Shown here: positions 1-11,245 of the stretch, piece after piece
How the letters are laid out: each line of letters opens with the position of its first letter
How positions within the stretch are numbered: the first letter of the stretch is position 1
DNA from: Methanobacteriota archaeon
Lineage (GTDB): Archaea > Halobacteriota > Bog-38 > Methanoflorentales > Methanoflorentaceae
Assembly (NCBI GenBank): GCA_963719035.1
Contig: CAVRAO010000002.1
Span: forward strand, 352,001 to 416,000
DNA: 64,000 nt
Direction: 5' to 3'
Notes under the pieces: model-generated
What the model saw: only the letters and a program-made list of their open reading frames with translations
Told to the model about the DNA's origin: nothing
Database searches by the model: none
Position numbers and translations under genes: made by a program

Positions 1-106
1 TGTCGGCAAACGATCTGTTACTTGCGGCATCGACAGCGGTGTCATCGATAAGAACTGCGTCATTATGATTGGCGGTGTCCCGCACGCGCAGATGGTTGTT
101 TTCTAA
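1..106 (+). CDS. 3' end of DUF424 family protein (partial)
   Basis: Frame 2 reads VGKRSVTCGIDSGVIDKNCVIMIGGVPHAQMVVF*. The IGGVPHAQ terminus is typical of DUF424, which usually precedes NMD3. Confidence 0.7.
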   Translation, partial: VGKRSVTCGIDSGVIDKNCVIMIGGVPHAQMVVF

Positions 107-121
107 ATCACAGGAGGCAAT

Positions 122-1141
122 GTGACTCTCGAAAGCATTTGTCCCAGCTGTGGTGAACCTTCGCATGGTGTGTGTGAACGCTGTCTTGCCCGAGGTCGCA
201 CTATTCCGGCAATGCCTAGCTTCCTCTCTATACAAGTGTGTCCGACGTGCTCCGATCACTTCTTCAAGGGCAGATGGATAAACGAGGATACAAATCGCGC
301 AGTCGCAAAGGCAGTCGAAGAGGCTCTGAAGATTGATCCCGATAAAGCAGCGTTTACGATTGTTTTAAATCAGATTTCCCCGACGATCTTACACGCACAT
401 GTCGAAATCAACGTCTCTGAGGCGGGAGGTTCACACGTAAGTTTTGACGTAGATGTTCGTGTGAACCGAGTGGCGTGCGACAGATGCTCTAGAATATCGG
501 GCGGTTATTACGAAAGCAAAGTTCAAATACGCGCCGACCGCAGGACGCCAGAGCGAACCGAACTCGATCGCGCTCTTGAGATTGCTGCAACAACTCTTGA
601 ACTGGCACAGAAGACGGATCGACTAGCATTTATCGCCAAAACAATCTGGCTAAGAGAGGGCCTCGACCTTTATGTCGGCACGGTGAAAGCCGCTAAACGG
701 ATTGCACGGGCCTTATTAAGGGAGATGGGGGGAACTCTTAGCGATTCGGCTAAGCTCACAGGACGACGCGACGGTAAGGATGTTTACCGCGTGACCTTCG
801 TCGTGAGACTGCCCGAATTTCCGACTGGAACAATTATTTTGTCACGGCAGCATATGTATGAAATCTGTTCGACAATAAGCACGACAAACGCTGTCGACCT
901 AGAGACCGGCTATAGAACTGCTCTGAATGCCGAGGAATTACGCACTGCAGAGCTCGCTGGCACTCGAAGTGATGCGAAACGAACTGTGTTAGTTGCGATC
1001 GATGGTGACGAGGTCCACCTGCTCGACCCTGAAACGTACGCTACTCTTACGATCAAAAAGCCTCCGTACGTGAGTAAAGAGGACGAAGGTAAAGAGGTGG
1101 GAGTCATTAAGACGCAAGAAGGGGTATTTATCCTTCCATGA
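122..1141 (+). CDS. nmd3: NMD3 family ribosome-maturation protein
   Basis: Four CxxC pairs; CDRCSRISGGYYESKVQIR motif; GGAGG RBS before GTG. Confidence 0.9.
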   Translation: MTLESICPSCGEPSHGVCERCLARGRTIPAMPSFLSIQVCPTCSDHFFKGRWINEDTNRAVAKAVEEALKIDPDKAAFTIVLNQISPTILHAHVEINVSEAGGSHVSFDVDVRVNRVACDRCSRISGGYYESKVQIRADRRTPERTELDRALEIAATTLELAQKTDRLAFIAKTIWLREGLDLYVGTVKAAKRIARALLREMGGTLSDSAKLTGRRDGKDVYRVTFVVRLPEFPTGTIILSRQHMYEICSTISTTNAVDLETGYRTALNAEELRTAELAGTRSDAKRTVLVAIDGDEVHLLDPETYATLTIKKPPYVSKEDEGKEVGVIKTQEGVFILP

Positions 1142-1959
1142 AAGGGCATCAGCTGCTTGAGCAACGATTGAGGGCGCCGCTCGCTGAACACGAAAAGCTG
1201 CTGTTGCCACGGAGGTGGCAGATCCTTGGTGATTTGGTACTCGTCAACATCCCGAGCAAGATCGTGCGTCTGAAACACGAGATAGGTGAAGCGCTGCTGG
1301 AGCTTTATCCACGCTGCAAGAGCGCTTTGTGGGACAAAGGAGTGCACAGCTGCCTCCGGACGCCTGAGGTCGAAGTCATTGCAGGCTCAGGAACGAAAAC
1401 TGTCCATAAGGAAAATCGTTGCAAATTCGCCCTCGACGCGAGCCGTGTTATGTTCTCAGCAGGCAATTTTGCCGAACGCGTTCGAATGAGCACGATCGGC
1501 AGCAACGAGAGAGTCCTCGATATGTTTAGCGGCATAGGTCAGCTTAGCATTCCAATAGCTGTGCATGCCCGTCCGCAGTCGATTGTCGCTATAGAGCTCA
1601 ATTCAGTTGCATATCGCTACCTTCAGCAAAATATCAGGCTAAATAAGGTAGATAGTATCGTCCAACCCCTGTTGGGCAATTGCGCGTACGTTACCCCAAA
1701 CGCCCAATTCGACAGAGTGATCATGGGGCATTTCGACGCATGCGACTATCTTCATAAAGCGCTGCGCTCTTTAGCTCCCGAAGGGATCATTCACTATCAC
1801 GAACTCGTCCCAGTAGAATTAATGTACAAGCGACCCTATGCGCGCGTCGAGCAAGCGGCGCAAGCACTCGCGAAATCGGCCGACCTGCTTGGTACGCGCA
1901 AAGTCAAAGACTATGCTCCGGGAATTGCACATGTCGTAGTCGATGCTAGGATAAATTGA
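1138..1959 (+). CDS. taw2: Trm5/Taw2 family SAM-dependent tRNA-modifying enzyme (likely Taw2 aminocarboxypropyltransferase)
   Basis: TVHKEN, VMFSAGN, VLDMFSGIG SAM motif, DRVIMG, IIHYHE, VKDYAPG. Confidence 0.75.
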   Translation: MKGHQLLEQRLRAPLAEHEKLLLPRRWQILGDLVLVNIPSKIVRLKHEIGEALLELYPRCKSALWDKGVHSCLRTPEVEVIAGSGTKTVHKENRCKFALDASRVMFSAGNFAERVRMSTIGSNERVLDMFSGIGQLSIPIAVHARPQSIVAIELNSVAYRYLQQNIRLNKVDSIVQPLLGNCAYVTPNAQFDRVIMGHFDACDYLHKALRSLAPEGIIHYHELVPVELMYKRPYARVEQAAQALAKSADLLGTRKVKDYAPGIAHVVVDARIN

Positions 1960-2896
1960 ACTCGAGTTTCACGTGGGTGGCGGCGTCAACAAGCACCTTA
2001 AGCTTTTGAAACGCAACCTCTCTCGTTTGAAGGCGCAGTCCGCAATCAGGATTGATCCACATATCGTCACCAAAAACTTCTATGCCGCGCTCGATTCGCT
2101 TCTTAACCGTTTCTACAGATTCGACCTCTGGACTGTCAGTGTCGATCACACCGAGCGCGACTTTTTTTCCACGGCCTTCAAATGCAGCTCCTGTGAGTTT
2201 GTCCAGCAAAATAGGGTATTTCGCTGCCTCCACGCCGATGTATTCAACGTTTTTTAGCTTCAGGAGCTGCTCAAGCTCCTTGAAGGACGCTACATGAGGA
2301 TGAAGCTTCACAGGAATCTCAACATCCTCGACCGCAGCGTCGATATATCCAAGAACGTTCTCTACTCCCACATTGTACAAAACTGGCTCATCGATCTGCA
2401 AAGCATCCGCTCCTGCTCGGCAAAGCTGGTCAGCTTCAAAGCGTAGCGCTTTTGCCAGGTCACTAAGCAAACGTGGGTCGAGGCTCGACCTGTACGGCGC
2501 GCCGCGGCTTATAGAAGACGATGCGGCGATTGTGACGGGCCCTGTTATGATCCCTTTGATCTTAACACCCTCTCCGGCATACTGACGTGCTAAAGTGAGG
2601 TCCTTTGCAGTAATGCTCCTCAGCGGCCGCGTGATTTTTCCAGTTATGTACGATCGCCCCTTCTCGCTTTTCATTCCCGGAATCCCGGCTGCAAACGCGC
2701 TGACCATATCAGCTCTAACTTGGCCGTCAGAGATCAGGTCGATTCCGGCTTGAACTTGATCAACGACTGCTGCCTCAATAGACGCGATGAAAGGATCCTT
2801 TCCAGCCATAAGATCCTGAACACTCATTTTGGCTTTGCAATCTTCTCCTATGGTGTGCGTCGGGTAACTCCCAACCGTGTTAGTAAGAATTACCAT
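1946..2896 (-). CDS. metE: Core (C-terminal-domain-only) methionine synthase, MetE/MesA-like
   Basis: VGSYP, SDGQVR, ITGPVTI, QIDEP, GVID, INPDCGLR motifs; 316 aa. Confidence 0.85.
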   Translation of the reverse strand: MVILTNTVGSYPTHTIGEDCKAKMSVQDLMAGKDPFIASIEAAVVDQVQAGIDLISDGQVRADMVSAFAAGIPGMKSEKGRSYITGKITRPLRSITAKDLTLARQYAGEGVKIKGIITGPVTIAASSSISRGAPYRSSLDPRLLSDLAKALRFEADQLCRAGADALQIDEPVLYNVGVENVLGYIDAAVEDVEIPVKLHPHVASFKELEQLLKLKNVEYIGVEAAKYPILLDKLTGAAFEGRGKKVALGVIDTDSPEVESVETVKKRIERGIEVFGDDMWINPDCGLRLQTREVAFQKLKVLVDAATHVKLEFNLS

Positions 2897-3526
2897 TCAA
2901 GTGCTCCTATTTTGCACGTAATCTCGATTTATAGCGTTTATAAAATAACGTTTGCGAACGTTCTCTCGCCTGTCCTCGTCCTCTTCAAAACCCTCTGCGT
3001 TGACTGATGCGGCAAGTGTCTCCGGACAGGGATCGTAAACGAGCCTGCTTGCCGCGTTTTCAAGGTCACTAAGGCGGCGGGAGTAGAAGAGATGCGAACG
3101 GCACCTACAGTCTGACGAACCAAAGCCTCCAATGCGGGACAGCGAAGGATTTTTCCCCAAGTTTTGCGCTATGCCACATTCGATTCTCTCTTGTGTCACA
3201 ATTTCAATTGTCTCGATAACCTCAGAAACGGTTAAGAGGTAATCAATATGCCACTTTTGCGTCTTGCGACGTCCGGAAGAAATATCCAAGTGGCGCTCAA
3301 CTCGTTTGAAGCCAGCAGCCCCCATCGCCGATCCGACGTACGCATAGAAGCCTTGTGCAAATGAGATGATCCCGAGCTTTCCAACCGTCACATCTTTCGC
3401 CGACGCTAACCAAAGAATCAACACGTACGCGCCCTTAACGACATCATTCCGGGCCTTCGTTCGCTTTTGCGAAATTGAGAGACTGTTTGATCTGTTCATT
3501 GACGTTGTTTGCCGTGACCTCTCCAT
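2897..3526 (-). CDS. GIY-YIG (Uri) superfamily nuclease, DUF123; true start probably near 3445
   Basis: KGAYVL, GFYAYVGSA, WHIDYL, GFGSSDCRCRSHLFY. Confidence 0.8.
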   Translation of the reverse strand: MERSRQTTSMNRSNSLSISQKRTKARNDVVKGAYVLILWLASAKDVTVGKLGIISFAQGFYAYVGSAMGAAGFKRVERHLDISSGRRKTQKWHIDYLLTVSEVIETIEIVTQERIECGIAQNLGKNPSLSRIGGFGSSDCRCRSHLFYSRRLSDLENAASRLVYDPCPETLAASVNAEGFEEDEDRRENVRKRYFINAINRDYVQNRST

Positions 3527-4067
3527 GGCCAGGATATAATACGCTCACTTCCAGTTTCTCCAATCGCGAGATTGAACGTATCAAGTCGTGGGAGCTTCCG
3601 CCAGGCAGATCGGTCCGACCAATGCCCCCGTAAGGAAAGACCGTGTCCCCGGAAAAAAGGCTCTTCGAATTGTCATCGTAAAGGCAGATACTTCCAGGGG
3701 TGTGCCCCGGCGTGTGTATCACGTCCAAGATAGAATCTCCAAGGTCAATTTTTGTTCCGTCCCTAAGCAAAGTGTCGACATGAAATCGAGGCGCTCGAGC
3801 GCCAAAAAAATGCGCTGCTGAAGCGTTTGTCCCTATTGCTTTAGCATCGGCCTCGTGCATCATAATTTTCGTGCTACCTGGAAGTCTCAGCTGATCAACC
3901 GCTGCCGTATGATCGTAATGCAAGTGAGTCAAAATAATGCAACAGGCTTCATCTAAAGGCAACTGTTGAGCGGTTGTAAGAGACCCCAAGTCAACGATCG
4001 CTTTTTGCTCTGCAATTAACCAATAAGTGTTGCTTTCGTTAGCCCCCAAAAAGGTATCCACACGCAT
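3444..4067 (-). CDS. MBL-fold metallo-hydrolase (glyoxalase II-like)
   Basis: THLHYDH, HTPGHTPG, FSGD, PGHG motifs. Confidence 0.9.
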   Translation of the reverse strand: MRVDTFLGANESNTYWLIAEQKAIVDLGSLTTAQQLPLDEACCIILTHLHYDHTAAVDQLRLPGSTKIMMHEADAKAIGTNASAAHFFGARAPRFHVDTLLRDGTKIDLGDSILDVIHTPGHTPGSICLYDDNSKSLFSGDTVFPYGGIGRTDLPGGSSHDLIRSISRLEKLEVSVLYPGHGEVTANNVNEQIKQSLNFAKANEGPE

Positions 4068-4198
4068 TTCTGTGAAGTACGGTTTGCGGTGTAATAAAGC
4101 TTGGGCTAGACCAATACAAAGTGGCGCGGCTCACATTTTTAAGCAACAAGCGCATAAACATTACGCAGAGGTATAAGCTAAGCATAGCTAAAAACAGC

Positions 4199-5470
4199 AT
4201 GACACTTCTAGAGGAAGCAAAGAAAGGATTAACAGATGATATAAGAAACGTTGCCAAATCAGAGGACATAGCGAGCGAGAAACTCAGGCGTAACATCGCT
4301 AGCGGTCGAACTGTCATTCCGAAAAATGTGACTCACGACGTTGCAGCGATCGGTATAGGCGACGCATTACGTACAAAAGTCAACGCTAATGTAGGAACTT
4401 CCATAGACTACGTTGAGATTAGTGAAGAGCTTGCAAAAGCAAAGACAGCCCTTAAATTCGGCGCAGACACTGTCATGGATCTTTCCACGGGCGGAGATTT
4501 AGACTACATACGAAGTGAGATTCTGCGAGAGATCCAATCTCCGATTGGTACAGTGCCGATATACCAAGCAGCAATGCGACGGGACGCCGTGGTGTCAATG
4601 ACGACAGACGACATGTTCAATGCGGTTCGTAAACACGCGCGAGATGGAGTTGATTTCATGACTATCCACGCAGGAGTCAACTTAAAGTCCCTAGAAGTGT
4701 TGAAGAAGCATAAAAGGCTTATGGGGGTCGTCAGTAGGGGGGGTGCTTTTACAATAGCATGGATGACGCACAACAACGCAGATAACCCCTTCTATGCAGA
4801 ATATGACTATCTCATAGAGCTCGCACGCGAATACGATTTCGTGATAAGTCTGGGTGACGGTATGAGATCAGGATGCTTGTTCGATGCTAGCGACCGTCCG
4901 ACGTTCATGGAGTACATTCAAATCGGAGAGCTTACGAAACGAGCTCAAGAGAACGGCGTTCAGACTCTCGTAGAAGGGCCCGGTCACGTCCCCCTTAACG
5001 AGATAGAAACCAACGTCAAGGCAATGAAATCGTTAACAGGTGGCGCACCACTCTACCTGCTTGGACCACTCGTCACAGACATAGCTCCCGGCTACGATCA
5101 CATAACGGGAGCAATTGGAGGAGCTCTCGCAGGAATGTATGGTGCCGACTTCTTGTGCATGACCACGCCATCGGAACATCTGGGGCTGCCTTCTCAAGAA
5201 GATATAAAACAAGGGGCAATCGTTACAAAGATAGCTGCTCACGTTGCTGACCTCGCGAGAGGGATGCAAAATGCACATGAACTCGACAAAGAAATGGCAA
5301 AATCGCGAGCTAGCTTGGATTGGGAGAGGCAATTCCAGCTTTCAGTGGATCCAGAGTTAGCTCGTACCAAGTACAACTGCCGTGGTCGAATGACTGATGC
5401 TTGTTCTATGTGCGGGGATCTTTGTGCGATAAAAATCGCAAAAGCAGCTTTGGAGAACTCCAAGCTATAA
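4199..5470 (+). CDS. thiC: Phosphomethylpyrimidine synthase ThiC
   Basis: [42 protein letters not shown] Fe-S motif; ATG at 4199. Confidence 0.92.
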   Translation: MTLLEEAKKGLTDDIRNVAKSEDIASEKLRRNIASGRTVIPKNVTHDVAAIGIGDALRTKVNANVGTSIDYVEISEELAKAKTALKFGADTVMDLSTGGDLDYIRSEILREIQSPIGTVPIYQAAMRRDAVVSMTTDDMFNAVRKHARDGVDFMTIHAGVNLKSLEVLKKHKRLMGVVSRGGAFTIAWMTHNNADNPFYAEYDYLIELAREYDFVISLGDGMRSGCLFDASDRPTFMEYIQIGELTKRAQENGVQTLVEGPGHVPLNEIETNVKAMKSLTGGAPLYLLGPLVTDIAPGYDHITGAIGGALAGMYGADFLCMTTPSEHLGLPSQEDIKQGAIVTKIAAHVADLARGMQNAHELDKEMAKSRASLDWERQFQLSVDPELARTKYNCRGRMTDACSMCGDLCAIKIAKAALENSKL

Positions 5471-5481
5471 TCCCAAGCTGC

Positions 5482-5901
5482 TTAGAGGTCTAAACCCTTA
5501 TTTGCTTCCACGTTAACTTGCAGAATTCTCAGCGCCAATAGGGCGGCATTTTTCCCATTGTCTATTCCAACCGACGCCACCGGAACTCCAGCAGGCATTT
5601 GGACAACGGAAAGCAGCGCGTCTAAACCGTTGAGCTTATTACTCACAGGGACACCTATCACGGGAGCATTTGTTTTTGAAGCAATGATGCCTGGAAGAGC
5701 TGCAGAAAGACCTGCAATAGCAATATAAACTTTAGCCTGAACTTCTCGAAGGTATTCATCAAGGCGTATTGGCTCTCGATGCGCTGAAATAACCTCGACC
5801 TCGTACGTGATACCCGCATCCTTTATTACCTCTATCGCTTTTTCTGCCACGTGCATGTCAGAAGTAGCGCCCACTAATATAGCCACGTCGGGGTGATTCA
5901 T
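5482..5901 (-). CDS. purE: N5-CAIR mutase / AIR carboxylase
   Basis: [30 protein letters not shown]. Confidence 0.92.
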   Translation of the reverse strand: MNHPDVAILVGATSDMHVAEKAIEVIKDAGITYEVEVISAHREPIRLDEYLREVQAKVYIAIAGLSAALPGIIASKTNAPVIGVPVSNKLNGLDALLSVVQMPAGVPVASVGIDNGKNAALLALRILQVNVEANKGLDL

Positions 5902-6195
5902 CGCTTTGTAGTTATCTCGCTACCGTAAAAACTCTTTCTAAACACGCAGGACGCGAACACGTGCAACGTACTTCGACGGTGTGTGTAAGATACTAATCGC
6001 GTCACAAAAAAATACGCTGTCGACCTAGTTTGAGCGAGTTTCGGTCGCGAAATAACGGAAAGCGGTTTTTTTCGCGCGAGAGGCTGCATTTGACTTTCAG
6101 TAATGTGTAGTGGCACAAAATTCTAAATAGGGTGTAGCGGTTAAATAAGGAGGCAGAGAGCTGCTTATCCGAACATAATCACAAGAGATGCTCCC

Positions 6196-7344
6196 ATGGA
6201 TAACACAGTTGAAACTGATTTATTAATGATTCCTGGACCGGTCCAAGTGGCCCCTCAAGTACTTCGCGCTTTATCAAAACCGATGATTAACCATCGTGGG
6301 CCTGAATTTAAAAAAGTGTTAGATGAGAGTCGCGAAAAACTTCGTAGCCTTTTCAACACAGAGAGCGATGTCCTCATACTTAGCGGATCCGGAACATGCG
6401 CTATGGAAGCTGCAGTCGGCAATCTCGGCGGTGATAAAAAATTCGTTGCGCTTGAAAACGGCAAGTTCGGAGAACGATTAAAAGTGCTCACCTCACTTTA
6501 TGGCAGCTCTGCGCCGGTTGTTGCCGAATGGGGCACATCGATAGACACTGACAAAGTCAAACAAGCACTGCAAGTAGGAGCAGATGCAGTCACGATCGTC
6601 CATAATGAGACCTCAACAGGTATGACAAACGACGTTTCGCAGATAAGCGCACTGTGCCGAAAATATGACGTACTTCTAATCATGGATGGGGTATCATCTA
6701 TTGGTGGCATCGAAGCACCCATAGACAAATGGGGGGTCGACATAGCGTTCACTGGCTCTCAAAAATGTCTCGGCCTTCCACCCGGTCTTTCGATGATTGC
6801 AGTAAACGATCGGGCCTGGGACTTTATTAAAACGGCGCAAAAAAGGCCTTTCTATGCTGATCTGATTGCTCATATGAAATCTGCCGAGAAGGGGCAAACA
6901 CCTTATACGCCTACTGTCCCGTTGTTCTTTGCGCTTGAGGAGGCTCTGAAAATGCTTGAAGCTGAAGGGCTTAGCGAACGTATCAACAGGTACCGCATTT
7001 ATGCGACATCTATCCGCGCTGCAATTGAAGCGATGGGCTTGGAACTATTTCCACAACTCAGTGCTTCGAGCACCTATTCAAACACAGTGACAGCCATTAA
7101 GATGCCACCTAGAATAGATTTTTTGTCGCTAAAAAATGAGATGAGACAACGGGGCATCATTATCGCAGGTGGCCAAGAACGGCTAAATGGACACATTTTC
7201 AGAATAAGTAATATGGGTAATATAAGCAAAGGTGATATATTACAGGTTATAGAGAAGCTTGAGCTCGTATTGCTTGAAAACGGCGTTGTTAATGAGATGG
7301 GGGCAGGGACGCTCGCTGCTGATTGCGTTCTTGAAGGATTATGA
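6196..7344 (+). CDS. Class V PLP aminotransferase (serine-pyruvate/phosphoserine aminotransferase-like)
   Basis: LMIPGP, VHNETSTG, GSQKCLGLPPG (PLP lysine), TPYTP. Confidence 0.88.
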   Translation: MDNTVETDLLMIPGPVQVAPQVLRALSKPMINHRGPEFKKVLDESREKLRSLFNTESDVLILSGSGTCAMEAAVGNLGGDKKFVALENGKFGERLKVLTSLYGSSAPVVAEWGTSIDTDKVKQALQVGADAVTIVHNETSTGMTNDVSQISALCRKYDVLLIMDGVSSIGGIEAPIDKWGVDIAFTGSQKCLGLPPGLSMIAVNDRAWDFIKTAQKRPFYADLIAHMKSAEKGQTPYTPTVPLFFALEEALKMLEAEGLSERINRYRIYATSIRAAIEAMGLELFPQLSASSTYSNTVTAIKMPPRIDFLSLKNEMRQRGIIIAGGQERLNGHIFRISNMGNISKGDILQVIEKLELVLLENGVVNEMGAGTLAADCVLEGL

Positions 7345-7381
7345 ACTGCGAGATTTAGTATTCATTGTGGGGGATCTTTGA

Positions 7382-7837
<456 letters not shown>

Positions 7838-7858
7838 GATAAACGAGAGGAATTATTC

Positions 7859-8281
7859 ATGGATCAAAGAGATGGTGAGAATATACGGCTTGGATTTGTC
7901 GTAGCAGAATTTAACCGAGACATTACATACCAAATGGAAATCCTTGCAAAAGAGCATGCTGCATTTTTAGGCGCTGATGTCGTGAAGACCATTTATGTTC
8001 CAGGAGTCTTTGATATGCCCTTAGCAGTAAAGAATTTGGCTTCAGATGATGAAGTAGATGCAGTAGTTACGATAGGTTGTGTAATTGAAGGCGCGACAAT
8101 GCACGACGAAATTGTTGCGCAGCACGCGACTCGTAAAATTGCGGATTTGGCGTTAGAGCACAACAAGCCAATCACATTGGGAATATCGGGTCCAAGAATG
8201 TCCCGTTTGGAAGCGCACGAGCGAGTCGATTATGCAAAAAGGGCTGTTGAAGCCGCTGTAAAACTTTTTAAAAGACTCTAA
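7859..8281 (+). CDS. ribH: 6,7-dimethyl-8-ribityllumazine synthase
   Basis: VAEFN, VPGVFDMP, GCVIEGATMHD. Confidence 0.93.
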   Translation: MDQRDGENIRLGFVVAEFNRDITYQMEILAKEHAAFLGADVVKTIYVPGVFDMPLAVKNLASDDEVDAVVTIGCVIEGATMHDEIVAQHATRKIADLALEHNKPITLGISGPRMSRLEAHERVDYAKRAVEAAVKLFKRL

Positions 8282-9459
8282 TGAGAAAAAGCCCAGTCAT
8301 TTCCGCAAGAGTCCAACGTATACCTCAATCTGCTACGATGAAAATTGCGGACATTGCAGCCAATCTTAGACGCGAAGGACGAGACATTATCAGTTTCAGT
8401 CTCGGTGAACCTGACTTTGAAACCCCAGAGAACATAAAAAAAGCCGCAAAAATTGCCCTAGATCGTGGCGAGACGCACTATACACAAGGTAGTGGAATTC
8501 TGGAACTTCGAGAAGTAATAGCAGAGAAGCTGAAAACTGATAACAGCCTCGACGTGACTTCAAGCGACGTTCTTGTCACAACCGGCGCGAAACAAGCGAT
8601 ATTTGAAGCGATCTGTTCGCTCATCGATGAAGGAGACGAGGTTTTGTTGTTCGATCCAGCGTGGGTTTCATACGAAGCAATCGTAAAGTTCGCTGGTGGA
8701 AAGCCCGTCATGGTTCCTGTTTACGAACGGGATGGCTATACGCCAGTTGAGTTCGAAAGTCGTATAACTAAAGATACAAAGCTCCTTGTCTTAAATAGCC
8801 CGTGTAACCCAACTGGAGCTGTGTACGGCGAAAGCGTAATAAAGAGCATAGCTCAGACCGCCGAAGATCATGACCTCTTAGTGATTTCCGACGAGGTCTA
8901 CGAAAAGATCGTTTATGGCGCCAAACATCACAGTATAGGTACATTGATACCTGACTTGACGATTACAGTAAATGGATTCTCGAAGGCATACGCTATGACG
9001 GGGTGGAGGCTCGGCTATGCAACTGCACCTCGATCAATCCTTCAAGGGATGCTTAAGATCCAACAACACACCGTAAGCAACGCAACGTCCTTCGTCCAAC
9101 GAGCTGGTATCGAGGCGCTGAGCGGTGACCAAAGCGCTCAGCGTGCTATGGTGGCTGAATTCCAAACGCGTCGCGACCTTGTTATTGACGGACTAGCTAG
9201 AATTGGAATAAAATGCGCGCTTCCAAAAGGTGCATTCTACGCGTTTCCAAAGGTCACTCAATTTGGTACTTCTGAACAGGTGACTGAACAACTGTTGCGA
9301 GACGCTTTGGTCGCCGTGACGCCTGGATCAGCATTCGGCCCGAACGGTGAGGGTTATGTGCGTATGTCCTACGCCACGAGTCGAGAAGACATCGCTAAAG
9401 GCATCCGCAGGATCGAAGAATCGCTCCAGAAAGAGTCTAACATTTTACCCGACGCTTAA
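8281..9459 (+). CDS. Class I/II PLP aminotransferase (aspartate aminotransferase-like)
   Basis: GEPDF, NSPCNPTG, SDEVYE, GFSKAYAMTGWRLG. Confidence 0.9.
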   Translation: MRKSPVISARVQRIPQSATMKIADIAANLRREGRDIISFSLGEPDFETPENIKKAAKIALDRGETHYTQGSGILELREVIAEKLKTDNSLDVTSSDVLVTTGAKQAIFEAICSLIDEGDEVLLFDPAWVSYEAIVKFAGGKPVMVPVYERDGYTPVEFESRITKDTKLLVLNSPCNPTGAVYGESVIKSIAQTAEDHDLLVISDEVYEKIVYGAKHHSIGTLIPDLTITVNGFSKAYAMTGWRLGYATAPRSILQGMLKIQQHTVSNATSFVQRAGIEALSGDQSAQRAMVAEFQTRRDLVIDGLARIGIKCALPKGAFYAFPKVTQFGTSEQVTEQLLRDALVAVTPGSAFGPNGEGYVRMSYATSREDIAKGIRRIEESLQKESNILPDA

Positions 9460-9862
9460 TGATCGCTCGAATTATGTTTTCCGTACTCGATAGAGTTCCA
9501 CTGTCGTGATACGGTAGCCTTATCACTTTTGAAGGAATGTGCCTTTTTTCAAGGTCCTCTTGAAGTTTGTTCTCGTCAAAATACTGATCGAAACCAAGCG
9601 CTATTATGTCCGGTTTTATTAGTGTGAGGGGTTCGAACATGTCGCGCTCGCTCCCAAGTTCAGCGTGGTCAACCATCTCTAGGGCCTCAACTACTTGCAG
9701 CCGTTGCTGTTCTGGAAGGATAGGTTTTGACTTGTGCTGAACCATCGAATCACGTGACACAATGACAAATAGTTCGTCGCCTAGTTCCTTTGCTTTCCTT
9801 AGATAAAGGATATGACCGGGATGCAAGATATCAAACGTGCCTGTTGCGAGAACCCTAGTCAT
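9437..9862 (-). CDS. ribL: Archaeal FAD synthase
   Basis: ATGTFDILHPGH, KPDIIALGFDQ; located in the riboflavin cluster. Confidence 0.88.
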   Translation of the reverse strand: MTRVLATGTFDILHPGHILYLRKAKELGDELFVIVSRDSMVQHKSKPILPEQQRLQVVEALEMVDHAELGSERDMFEPLTLIKPDIIALGFDQYFDENKLQEDLEKRHIPSKVIRLPYHDSGTLSSTENIIRAIIKRRVKC

Positions 9863-10292
9863 TTTCGCCGCCGAAGGTTTCCTTTATGTCTTTATACACA
9901 GCGCTCTCTTCTATTTCAACGTCGAGCACATCGAGTTTTCGAATGTTACCGATTCTATCATAACAAGCCCAGCTCGTGATTTCGTAAGGGTAGCCGACAA
10001 TGATATGATAATCACCATTTTGCATAAACATGCGAATATCTGCATCCGACGGCTGGAGTCCCCCCGACGGATGGCTATGCACTGATCCTACAATATGTGT
10101 ATTCACGGGTAACATGAACAGATCCATAACCGCATTGACATTTGAAGACTGAGTAATAGGGACGTCCACATCAGTTATGATCTGGTCAGTCTCATACAAC
10201 ATCCCAGCAAATTCCTTGGGATGAGAGGACGCACTCACTTCAAGTACAAACTTCAATGCGTCACGTGCGATGCCTTTGATCTTCTTTTTCAT
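9855..10292 (-). CDS. JAB/MPN (JAMM) metalloprotease domain protein
   Basis: HPKEF, GSVHSHPSG...PSDAD JAMM motif. Confidence 0.88.
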   Translation of the reverse strand: MKKKIKGIARDALKFVLEVSASSHPKEFAGMLYETDQIITDVDVPITQSSNVNAVMDLFMLPVNTHIVGSVHSHPSGGLQPSDADIRMFMQNGDYHIIVGYPYEITSWACYDRIGNIRKLDVLDVEIEESAVYKDIKETFGGEND

Positions 10293-10621
10293 AAGCGCTA
10301 CCTAGTTGTATACTCCCGCTAGATCATTTTTACTCTGTCAAAATACGAAGGACAAAAAAGCCGCTTTGTCTATTCCACCGTTTCTCATTTGTGCCTCAGA
10401 ACTCATAGGGATCATCATTGCGTTTTTAACGCTCGGGATTTAAAATACATCATCGGCGCAAGTGCAATTTGAACTTCTCTGTATTATAGATATACCTCGT
10501 TGTCCCCGCAACACCTGCAGCCTACAAACGCTCTCCGCGAGCATTGGCGTCGAGAAGATCACCTTGCAGGACTTGCTAGGGACTCAGATTTCGCGTAAAA
10601 ATGACAACGACAACGTTATGA

Positions 10622-10704
10622 TGCGGAGGGAGGGATTCGAACCCGCGAACTCCTGTGAGAGTGGATCTTGAGCCCACCGCCGTTGACCACTTGGCTACCT
10701 CCGC
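10622..10704 (-). tRNA. tRNA-Leu (CAA)
   Basis: Reverse complement GCGGAGG TAGCCAAGTGG...GTGGG CT CAA GA TCCAC, long variable arm, GGTTCGAATCC, CCTCCGC-A. Confidence 0.95.
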
Positions 10705-10999
10705 TTTCGTTTGATCTAGTACTGCTATCACATATTTCTAGTTAACTAATGCGGAGCAAGAAGCCTATCGACCCCCAAATCGATTATACAAGTCAACGCA
10801 ATAATTAATTTAAGCAAACGATAACGCGCCTTGCCCTGATGGATCACCCGATAAAATAACCCGTAGAAACAAGTTAATATGCTAAGTTCGATTAATTGTC
10901 ACTTGGTAGGTATAAGCAAATTACCTTTTTCGAGATTCCTGCAATAAAATATCGCAATTTCTAAATACGCTTCTAATGTTTATGTAAGAGGTGATACTA

Positions 11000-11230
11000 G
11001 TGGTAGTTGGAGTTACAATGGTCAACGTCGTTCCTGGTGAAGAACGATACGTGTACAGAACGCTATTGGAATTAAGCGGCATTAGGGAAGTGTACCACGT
11101 CTTTGGAGAGTATGACTTTGTAGTCATTATTGAAGTCGAGGGGCTTACTGCATTGAACAATTCAGTTGATAACATCCGAGATATCAAAGGAGTGACAACG
11201 ACTCACACTATTGTTGGCGCGGAACTGTGA
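11000..11230 (+). CDS. Stand-alone Lrp/AsnC ligand-binding (RAM) domain protein
   Basis: [12 protein letters not shown]...IKGVTTTHT; GAGGTGA RBS before GTG at 11000. Confidence 0.85.
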   Translation: MVVGVTMVNVVPGEERYVYRTLLELSGIREVYHVFGEYDFVVIIEVEGLTALNNSVDNIRDIKGVTTTHTIVGAEL

Positions 11231-11245
11231 TCGGGAGAACGCCAA

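Noticed and set aside
4068-4198. TPP riboswitch upstream of thiC
   Set aside because: No CTGAGA or aptamer core; the short spacer is explained by divergent promoters
6044-6080. Imperfect inverted repeat CGCGAAA...TTTCGCG between purE and the aminotransferase
   Set aside because: Single imperfect hairpin with no recurrence in the window
10462-10671. 69-aa ORF
   Set aside because: Runs antisense into tRNA-Leu and shows no protein motif
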